DNA of 64,000 nucleotides from Paraspadella gotoi (Eukaryota > Animalia > Chaetognatha), in the NCBI GenBank assembly GCA_051294375.1, contig CM119264.1:15216682-15280681 (forward strand), read 5' to 3'. Positions 37,648 through 47,928 of this stretch are shown here, piece by piece. The position numbers were made by a program, and so were the translations under genes. Numbering within the stretch: position 1 is the stretch's first letter; the number at the start of each line of letters is the position of its first letter. Below the pieces are notes generated by a model. That model did not search any database and was not told where the DNA came from. It saw nothing but the letters and a program-made list of their open reading frames with translations.

Positions 37648-38934
37648 CACTCTTTGAATTCTATGTCTTCTTGCTTCTTCCGCCATGAGGCAATCGTCGA
37701 GGGCATGTATTGTACCATTACAGCACACACTCTCACCATGACAGTGAGGTGAATACGGACCTCTTCGACCCCCTCACTGGCCTTTATCAGCATTTTCTTT
37801 CTATGGATCTGTGATTTCATGAGCATGAATTTGTAAACATTCAAGAATTAAAAAAAACGAATAGGAAAACATGTGAATTTTTTGTTGTTTTTCTTTTTAG
37901 TTGTTCATTTTAAGTGCACTCATATTACAAAATGTTAAAATTGCTTAAAAGCCTCTATCTCCCGAATGCCTTCAACCGAGCTTGGCTCTTTGGAGCAGAT
38001 TTAAATTTTTAAATATATAAAGATTAAAATTATTATTAAATTGCAAAAAAAATATACTGTTTTAAAACAGTATCTGACTCACCCCCGCACAAAGATCGAG
38101 TTCCAACCGATCTGCCTTCTTTCCTTTTAATTTCGATAGAACACATTGGCATTCTGTAAGCAATTTGGCCTTTGACTTGTTATTAAAATGAAAATATATG
38201 ACCTGAAAACATGTGTGGGAATTGTACCTGTTAAAGCCAATGTATTTGATATAAACTAAGCAAAATGGGGGTAAAAAACTATCTCTATTTCCAGAAATTT
38301 TTTTTTTCTCAAACAGTCAACACTTGTTTTTGAATGAATAAGCGCCATAATTCCCCGTTAGACAACTTTGCAGATCATTCAAAGTATCATCAAGTTCTTC
38401 AAATTTTGACTTCATTTCTTGTCTAATCTTATAAGATCATTCACCGCTTCTTGTATCGCTGCCTGCGTGTCCTCTACTGAATGAATATCATCGCATCAAT
38501 GAATGACTATCATCGCATCAATCATTTGGTTACCATCGCATAAATCATTTGGTTATCATCGCATCAATTATTGGTTATTGGTTATCATCGCATCAATTAT
38601 TTATAATAATATTTCTTTTTTTATTTCTTTATTTCCTCCTCTCGTCTGGCGAGATCCTATTCTTTTAAGATTTTTTTTAATAGAAGAATTTTTAGTAATA
38701 GAAAAAAGGAAGAATTACAATTGTCCATTGTTTTTCCTCACAAGCACAGTTAAGTAAACATTTATTTTCATAATGGAGTTGCTGTGCAAACTAGAAAAGA
38801 TTTTTATTACCACTGAAGATGACAAAATAATATGTCGAATTATTTAAAAAGTATATATATATTTTGAACAGCAACTTTATTATGAAAATGTTTATAACAG
38901 AATTGTCCATATTTTTAAACAATTCGTGACACAC

Positions 38935-39080
38935 CTGGTGCACAAGGCCGATAGCATGGCCAAGCTCGTGCGCCAACGTGCCGACCTCCGTTCCACATTT
39001 AGCGAACGAGAGCCGATTGAATCTCCGACCGAAAGCTGATTGCGTCAACGAGCAGGCTCCAACATCAGCGTCGCAGCTCC
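38935..39080 (-). CDS. Astacin exon 4 (zinc-binding motif)
   Basis: AAG acceptor, phase 1, SCDADVG..KCGTEVGTLAHELGHAIGLVHQ|GT; joins in frame to HMRSDR. Confidence 0.92.
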
Positions 39081-39083
39081 CTT

Positions 39084-39480
39084 GGGGTAGGCGAAAATCT
39101 CGCTTAAAAAAAAAATCAACATTCTTCTAACAGAGATTTCCATTCGAATCTGACTGCCCAACTTTACAAACGACATTGGGAGAAATTCAGGTAGAAAAGT
39201 TATAAAAACGTACGATTCCGATAGCGTTGCATCTCAAGAGCTCGACTTTTTGTTCTTGTTGCATTTGATAAAGATTTTACTATCAAACAAGGCAGTAGAA
39301 ATGGACTACTCATCTCCGGAGAATTTTCTAACCTTGTTTTTACTATAGAAATGAAAGGGAAACTTCATTTTTTAAAAAAATTACAAACGGGATTACAGTC
39401 TGTTCGCATTATAAATGATACTTCAAATTATGAGATTCCAAAAGCCTCGTATCCTTATTTTTTTGCTTTTTAGAATTGAC
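39084..39480. mobile_element. Dispersed DNA-transposon-like repeat abutting the exon 4 acceptor
   Basis: GTAGGCGAAAATCTCGCTTAAAAAAAA.TCAACATT.. matches the copy starting at ~43751. Confidence 0.65.
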
Positions 39481-40460
39481 CATTTTTTTCATATTAAACC
39501 ACCATGCCCTGGTTAAAACTTAGCATACTGTGTGCCAGATCTGGCATAATTTCAGACTGTTTATCCAGTAAAAATATGATCTGGCATATAGCATACAATC
39601 TGGCATATGCAAAATGTGAAAACAATTTAACGTTTTTTGATCTACAGCATTGGACAGAGTATGAAAAACACTTCCTCTGGCAATGTAAATCTGTATTAAA
39701 TATGCTTTTTGCTCATTTTATTATTTATTTCTTTGTAAAAATCATGTTAATTCCCAGTAGTTGTTTGAGACTAGGAACGGATTGCTAGCATTTATACAAT
39801 AAATACCGATTTTCCTCTGAGATGCTTGTGTAGTTCTGTAATACTAGCATGTTAAAGCAACTTTACATGTTAGAAAACTACTGCTGCAAAACACCTTTTA
39901 CTGGGTATATGGCTCATTGCTTAAGCAATTCACGAAGTCTCATTGTTTTCGTCTTTTTCGTTTTTATCTGTCTAAATGATTTTTCATAGGCTCTAATAAT
40001 AATAATTTCTCTTTACTCTTGTAAAAGTTTTATATTAAATTAGTTAAAAGATAATTTGCATAATATTTAGCATACGAAAAAAAAATCTAGGGCGCTATCT
40101 AGCACATGTTTTTTCTGCAGAGTTTTAACCAGAGCCACCATGGTAAAATGAATTGGTCCATTTTTTATTGCGAAATTTTTATTTAAAAAGAAATTAAAAG
40201 GAAGGTTGAGAGAAAAAACTGATTTTTCCTAATATCTTTTGAAGGAACAATGATAAAGGGAAGGCAATATTACCAAAACGAAGCCATAATCATCGGGCAC
40301 ATACAATATACAAATTTAGAATTATTTTTGCTGAAACCTCTTTACAGGGTGAGTGTCAAACTAAGTCAAAATTATAATGAATATTAAAACTAACGATACC
40401 CCATAAAAATAAATAAAAATTAAATTCTTAATGATTCTGAAAAAAAAAGGCTAATATGTT

Positions 40461-40921
40461 TGAAGAGAAAAGGCCGAGACCGACGGAGACGGCCAGATCT
40501 GACCTATTCGACCGATTGACCGATCGACCGGACCGGGACTAACCTGACTCTTTCTCCACTCTCTCTCTCTCCCTCTCTCTCCAAACTTTACTATACTTTA
40601 CTTACAGATTCACTGGATCATTTTTACTAGAACGCAAACTACTTTCTTACAAAGTTCCTACTACGTTTTTACTGAAAGCATCTCTACGATTTATTGGATT
40701 TCTGTACGATTTATAGATTCTTCTCGATTTGATCTCGATTTTGTATGGATTTCGTCTCGCTACCTACATTTATTACATTTATTCACATTTATTCCCGCAT
40801 TTCTTCTTTTCGACTTTTCGAGCTTCAGTTTACAAAAACGTTTGGGATTCTTTCGTCAGATAAGTTGCGACCAAGTGACCATTCTCACCTCAAGAGGCGT
40901 AGAGAGCCAAGCTTCACTACA
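40461..40921 (-). mobile_element. Solo LTR of a second family
   Basis: TG..CA termini flanked by ATGTT on both sides; AATAAA motifs on the minus strand; absent from the paralogous host repeat at 44480-44700. Confidence 0.6.
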
Positions 40922-41921
40922 ATGTTAGAGAACAGGGATGCTTACTGAAAGGAGGCGGAAGACGTTCAACTTCTTCACTTTGATATAGATATGTCGCTTC
41001 GCGCTTTAAAAAAAATCTGAAAGATCGAAGCGGTTTCTGATAATTTTGGTTCCTCACAATTTTTGCACCAGAAGCCCAGTAAATATTACAAAACCATGGA
41101 TGATTTCTGAAACTGTAGTGTTTGGGCTATCCAACGCCGCCGGAACAAAGAAAATCCATAAAGGTGTTGACTAAAAAATACTGAAAATAAACACGGCGCT
41201 TGGTCTGAATTCCTTTCAATTTTTATTTTATTTTACGGTATAAGTCAAATAAATATACAGCGGTCATGCACTGATTCCGATTCTGTAGGGTTTAGCCTAA
41301 CTTTCAAGCACATAACGAAAAAAATAAATTGACGTCATAGTAAGAAATAATAGCTATTAATCCAATTTTTTTTCTCAATTTGTTGTCATTTTTGTTTCTT
41401 ACTGTTTTTGCCAAACATGCCCTTTAAAATTATAAAAATAAAGATTAGCTAATGAAATTACAATGTCTTAGGTACATTTCGTTGCCGGAACAAAGAAAAT
41501 TCATTGATATCATAGTATCAATATGTAGCCTAGAAATAACTCATTTTATTTGCAATTTACCCCTTTATTGATAAAAGCCTTGTATTAATAAAAATAAAAA
41601 CAATTTTACCATACAGCTACATGCATTAGCGTGTTATTAAAAGATTGTAGTGCTTTTTTTAATAAAAAAATTGTTATATCAATATAGCTAATGGGCATTA
41701 TGCAAAGGTTTTAATTTGCACCTGAAGGTGACAAAAATTTAAAAATCTGATAATATAGTCTTTTAGCCCTATGTCAGTATTTTTAAATAAGCCGGAACAA
41801 AGTTTGAACTCCTAAATTTTCATATTTAAATCATGATGCGATAAACCTTTCGTTTTCGTTGTTATTAGGATTTAGAGAAAAACAAAGTTTTTAATTGTGG
41901 TACAACGAATTTAATGGAGAT

Positions 41922-41962
41922 ACGGACATGTTTCGGCTCACATTTCGAGCCTTCATCAGCGT
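41922..41962 (-). ncRNA. Minimal type-I hammerhead ribozyme
   Basis: Reverse complement of 42199-42239. Confidence 0.85.
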
Positions 41963-42198
41963 TTGCCATAAGGAAAATATTTGTGCAAAAAGAAGGTGTG
42001 AGAGAGAGGAGAGAGAGAATATAGAGGTAAAGGTTTTCCAACAAAGTGGTGAGACAGAATAGTGGTCAGATGAGAGAACAGGCTGAAGTTGAGATCTGTC
42101 TCACCACTTTGTTGGAAAACCTTTACCTCTATCTCTCTCTCTTTCTCTCTCTCTCTCTCACACCCTTCTTTTTGCACAAATATTTTCCTTATGGCAAA

Positions 42199-42239
42199 AC
42201 GCTGATGAAGGCTCGAAATGTGAGCCGAAACATGTCCGT
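42199..42239 (+). ncRNA. Minimal type-I hammerhead ribozyme
   Basis: ACG-CTGATGA-A-GGCTC(GAAATGT)GAGCC-GAAA-CATG-TC^CGT; predicted cleavage after C42236. Confidence 0.85.
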
Positions 42240-43543
42240 ATCTCCAATTAAATTCGTTGTACCACAATTAAAAACTTTGTTTTTCTCTAAATCATATTTA
42301 AATCATATGTTTGTTTTTTAAGGTTCCTACATGAATTTTTTAAATCTTTTTTTTTCAACAAAATGATAATTCATTATCCTTGGTAATTATATAAACATTT
42401 GAAGTATAGAAAATTTTTGTTTATATCAGAAACATAATTCAATGTTTTCTCTTTCAGAATCTATATTTATTTATTTTTTTAATTACAGCCAAGTGTTTAA
42501 TTTAATTTCAAAAGTTGTTATACTTTTGACTAAGATTCCGATCCAGATTTTTAAAAAATCCGTTGAAATATTTGAGAAAAATTATATGGAAAAGATGCCC
42601 CATAATTATGGCTTTAATATGATACCAGTCTCATCGTTCTATCATTTTTGGTTCAAAAGATATGAAAGAAAATCAATTTTTTTATTACCAATTAAGTCAC
42701 TCGGCCAAAGCTAAAAATTTAAGTGGAACCAAAAAGAAAATTTAACGAACGCAGATTTGTTTTAAAAATTGGGCGTGGAAAATGACCATTTTTTGTAGAT
42801 TATTTTTCAACGCGTGGGTCACTTGATTTGAAATGTTACATCAACAATATTGACATTTCCAATCAGTAAATGTAAAAATATTTAAAATAACATTATAAAC
42901 GACCAGGTAACTTGCCTATCTATTTGATATTATTTTTCAATAATAAAATAAGACATTATACTTTCACAATATCCGAATGTTAATGTAATTCATTATATTT
43001 TTTTACCCAGAAATTATAAAATAATAGTAAGTTATGGATTCCTTTCGTTCGTTTAAGGAAAACAAATTAACTTTTGTCTTTTTAAAAACTACATAAAAAT
43101 ATTCTTTTTTTTTTAAATTTAAAAAAAATTGCCTATTTACCCTAACCCTAAACCACCCCTGAACCGCCCATAACCCTAACCCCCCTAACCCCGGTCGGCG
43201 AAAGTAAAATTATTCTAAAAAGGGTAATTCAAAAATCATATTGTAATAACTAACCAACCACGGCTGATAAAAAGTAGCTTCCGATATGGTAAATCATTGA
43301 ATGCAGTGGAAATGGTCGTGCTTCCATATAGACGAAGCTAGTTTTTAAAAACATAGATACGTAAAATACTGTTAAAGCAAAATTAGCATCATTTCATGTA
43401 AACTCAGTTATTGACAATGAGAAAAGAAAAGTTAAATTAAAAAAAGTGAGCCCCAGGAAAAGAAAACGGGTATATCTGCAATATAAATTATTTTTAGGAC
43501 AGAGTACCTGTGATACACCTGGACTGATAAAATTTTTAATGTA

Positions 43544-46192
43544 CAGGGGTGGGACCATATATCGAGACAAAACTTAACGTCCTGCCCTGTCTGAACGATT
43601 TGATAATAAAATTGGTGCCAAAAGATTTTTCTGTCTTTTTACTTTCATATGCAATAAAATAATAACAAATTTTAAACAATTACAGGGCGTTGTGGATGTT
43701 TTAATATCATTTAGTCATTTTTATACGCGCAACTTACATTGCATAGTAGAGTAGACGAAAATCTCGCTTAAAAAAAAATTCAACATTTTTCTAATAGAGA
43801 ATTCCGTTCAAATCTGACTACCCAAATTGCAAACGCGTTTGCCAGAAATTCGGTTAAAAAACACTTGTAAAAACGCACAATTTCAAGAGCGTTACATCTG
43901 AAGAGCTTGTCCTATTCGTTTTATGGCATTTGATAAAGGATTTAATATCAAACAAGCCAGGGGAAATGCACTACTCATCTCCGGAGAATTTTCAAACCTC
44001 ATTTTTACTATAGAAATGAAAGGGAAACTTTACAAAGTTAAAATTGCAAACGGGATTACTATATGTTCCAGTTACATGAGCGACTTCGAATTTCGCGATT
44101 CTGATAGGCTTTGTGTCTGAAGAGCTTGTCCTATTTTTCTTTTTTCATTTTATAATGATTTTGACATAAAATGATCAGGTTTAAATGAAATAGTCGGTTT
44201 GAATCGCGAAATTTTTATTTAAAAAGAAATTAAAAGGGGTTGAGAAAAAAACTGATTTTTCCTAATATCTTTTGAAGGAATAAAGATAAAGGGATGGTAA
44301 TAGTACCAAAATGAAGCCATAATCATAGGGCACATACAAGATACAATTTTAGAATTACTTATGCTGAAACCTCCTTACAGGGTGAGTGTCAAACTAAGTC
44401 AAAATTATAATGAATTTTAAAACTAATGACACCCCATAAGAATAAATGAAAATTTAATTCTTTTAATGATTCTGAAAGAAAAAAGGCTAAATTGTACTCT
44501 AGTAAAACTTTAAAGTTTTTTGCATAAAGAAAATGTGAATTTTTTGTCACTTAAATTTTGCTTGTCTGATTTTACAAGCATGCTTACAAAATTCTACAAA
44601 ATATTATTCACCCCATCACAGCTAAGTATTTATCTTTTTTTCCACCAGCAAAAAGTAAACATATTTTATGCGAGAGAACAGGGATGTTTACTGAAATGAG
44701 CCGGAAGACATTCAACTTCTTCACTTTACTGTCATTTTTCAATAATAAATAGGCGAATTTTTTAATTATTTAACTCTCACAGGCTTTACAAGACTTTATA
44801 CTTTCATAATATCCCAATGTTAATGTAATTTATTATATTTTTTACCCAGAAATCATAAAATAACAGAAAGTTGTGGATTCCTTGCTGCGTTTAAGAAAAA
44901 AAAATTAACTAGCGGAATTATAAGTTGTAAGAGGAAGTCAGAATCGGCGAAAATCTTAAAAGGCGAGAATGTTGAAAAAAAGGGGTGGAATTTTGATGGG
45001 TTTCCTAAGATTTCTCCACAATGTGAGGTCCGATTAAAGCGAAACTTGAGATTTACAATATTCCCGTCATTCCACATCTATCGATATAAAAATATAAGAA
45101 AAAAGTCACTGGCTTCTTTTTCTATAGCGGCTTCCTAAGTAGAGTGATGTGAAAATGTTAAATTTTAGAAAATTAAAATTTCGCATATAAAACGAACATA
45201 AAATAAAAACTAATAAAAATACTTAATAAATTATTTTTTAATTTTATACATTAATGGCTACCAGTGAGCTATATTTATATATAGTAATAAGTATATTATA
45301 AGCTAAAATTTCAAAATGTAAATTTTTGAATTTTAAGATCGGATTTGGATTTTTTACAAAAAGTTAATATAAGAAAGTATAATTCTTTTTTAAAAATTTT
45401 TTTATTTTTTTTTACAAATATAGTTGCCCAGTCAGCTTATTTTGTATATAATACTACCTTTATATAATGTCAAAATTTTAAAAGTTTTTTTTTTAATTTT
45501 GAGAACAGATTCAGATTCCTCGTAGAAAGTTGATAAATAAAAAAAACCTTTTCAAAAATTATGTTATTGAGTAGGTTAAAACTTTAAAAAACTATATTTT
45601 GAGGCTGGAAATTAAAAATCGGTATCTTAAATATAGTTTTTTTACATTTTTGACTAACTTAATAAAATAAATTTTAAAAAAGAATTATACTTTTTTATAT
45701 TTTGTAAGAAATCCAAATCCGATCTTAAAATTTAAGAATTTGCATTTTAAAATTTTAACCTATTATATACTTAATAATATTACTATATAAATATAGCTCA
45801 CTGGTGCCCACTAATGTATAAAATTAAAAAGTAAATTTATCAAAATATTTTTATTGATTTTTATTTTCATGCTTGATATACTAAATTTTAATTTTCTAAA
45901 ATTTTATCATTTTTACATCACTCTAATGAGTATTTCAAAAAAATATTTTTAACTGTTATGTCTTAGAATGATATTAAATAATAAGTTTTCAAACATTTGT
46001 CTTCCAAACCGCGCGGAAAAAATCGAGCAGTTGCCTTTGCTGCATCAAAAAAAGCAGTATATTAAAGAATTTCAAAAAAGATTATAATAAAAGCTAAGTA
46101 TTATACAAATATTAATTAAGATTTTAAAAATAATTAAGAGTTTTAGAGTAATAATTTTTTAAACTTTGTCTCGATATATGGTCCCACCCCTG
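43544..46192. mobile_element. Non-autonomous Tc1/mariner-like element with nested insertions
   Basis: TA|CAGGGGTGGGACCATATATCGAGACAAA..TTTGTCTCGATATATGGTCCCACCCCTG|TA, a perfect 28-bp TIR. Confidence 0.85.
45140..45925. mobile_element. Foldback MITE with ~250-bp TIRs (truncated copy 54460-54960)
   Basis: TAGAGTGATGT..ACATCACTCTA termini and long inverted arms. Confidence 0.75.
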
Positions 46193-46345
46193 TATGATGT
46201 ACTACACTTTTTCCGAGTAAAATAATTATTTCGATAATTATTACTTCCCCACAAGATTAGTCAAGATTAATCATTAAAATATGTTCTCTAACGACCGAAA
46301 GCGTACTACGCAGTAACTTTAATTAAGCAATTTGTTCAAACCAAC

Positions 46346-46554
46346 CGGGTAACGTCTCATTCTCGATCCAGAGATAGTTCCACGCAAAACCCGCTCCCTC
46401 GACGAAGCGCACGCATGTTTCATTTTCCCATGCGTGCATCGCATCGCGAAGACGGCGACGGAACTCCACATCGATGCGCGCCGTCGACGATATTTCGAAT
46501 GGGATCGTGGACGACGGCCATGCACATCCAGGTCGAGGGGCGACCGATGAGACG
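46346..46554 (-). CDS. Astacin exon 3 (start of the catalytic domain)
   Basis: TTAG acceptor; VSSVAPRPGCAWPSSTIPFEI..AMHAWENETCVRFVE..; phase-1 G|GT donor; WP/IPF/W..TCVRF astacin motifs. Confidence 0.88.
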
Positions 46555-46621
46555 CTAAGCATTGGCATCAGCCAGGCTCGTTCATATTAATACATTCATA
46601 ATCCAGTATTAATAAACTAAC

Positions 46622-46713
46622 CTGTGTACGACGACACCAAAATTTAGCGCCATCATCGACAAAAGAATTATGCTTGTAACTCGACCCCATGTCCCTGTTT
46701 TTATTTCGTTCTT
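46622..46713 (-). CDS. Astacin exon 2 (signal-peptide-like)
   Basis: KNEIKTGTWGRVTSIILLSMMALNFGVVVH; AG|GTTAGT donor, phase-compatible with exon 3 across 67 nt. Confidence 0.65.
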
Positions 46714-46754
46714 CTATAAACAAACCTCAAATTTAACTATAACAATTGTTTTAC

Positions 46755-46766
46755 CCTTCTTGCCAT
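46755..46766 (-). CDS. Astacin putative exon 1 (MARR)
   Basis: AAATGGCAAGAAGG|GTAAAA, then a 41-nt intron ending TTTATAG, in frame with exon 2. Confidence 0.45.
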
Positions 46767-47928
46767 TTAAGTTCCGCATAGTAATTATGATTATTTAGTA
46801 AGATTTGACCTTGCATAAAAAAATAAAAATTTAAGCAAAGTTTAAAAAATTGAAGGAAGAGAGTTCGGTAGTTAAAAATATCCTAACTTTTGATCTTAAT
46901 CTCATGTTTTATGCTTAAATTGTACTGTGCTTTGTGCTTTTGTAGCGTCTTAGTTCTTACATGCGGACCAGTTTTCCAGCTTTGTTAGCTTTAAATCTAA
47001 CCAGAATTGAATAACACAGCGCAAAAGGGTATAACAAATGAAAATACGCCGTGGAAACCAAAATTTGGCTTAACTGAGCTTTAATTATTTTATACTCTTT
47101 CATAACAAATGTGGCTAACTTTTACTTTCGCTGATAGTCCAGTCTCTTATGGGTGATATGACCAGGAATACTTATTCAAGGGTAACTAGCCCCAAAATTG
47201 GCACACAGGAACCATAAAGAATTTTTTCATCCGAGTAGACTAAAAATTCGAGATGGTCTCTTCGGATTTGGAGGATGTTTTAAGTGGCTCGTCAATGCAT
47301 CAAATGCAGCCAGTTTTAAATTTTTATTTGAATAAAAAATAATTATGGGGCTTAAATATTTATTATGTATAAAGTATTTTTAAAAAAGTTTAATTCAAAT
47401 CTGAGCATATCTTAACCTTTTTGAAGGAAATTGGTCGTCCACAAAAAATACAGCCATAAAGATTTTTCAGCTAATTTTGCTACCAAACGATATAGGAAGA
47501 TACTTTTTATCATGCTCAATCAGAAAATTAAAAAAAAAAAAAATTGAAGTATGTTCATAACCTTTATCATATTAAAATACCTCGTCAACCTTTAAAATTA
47601 ATCAATCTAAATAAAATTTTATAAATATATTAATTTCATTTCTTATTTTTATATAAAAAAGTATTAACAAAATCATAGCACATCTTTACATTTTAAAGGG
47701 ATGTTAAAGATAGTTGTTTATAAAAATATAGTAATAATAATATTTTAATATTTCTTTTATAAATTAAATATTTGTTTAATTTTTAAAAATTAAAAATGTT
47801 TTATTTAAATTGGTTACCATAATCATAATGCTCTAAGAGCTTATCAAGTTTAAATTAAACCATTAATATAAAATAAAACTAAAACTATGAAATGAAGTTA
47901 TTAAAACCATTTCAGTCAAAATAAATTG

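Larger units (their letters stand above)
41869..42293. mobile_element. Palindromic dimer of the Penelope-like hammerhead element
   Basis: Near-perfect ~190-bp inverted arms, ~36-nt spacer, one hammerhead per arm, 3' tails pointing outward. Confidence 0.85.
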
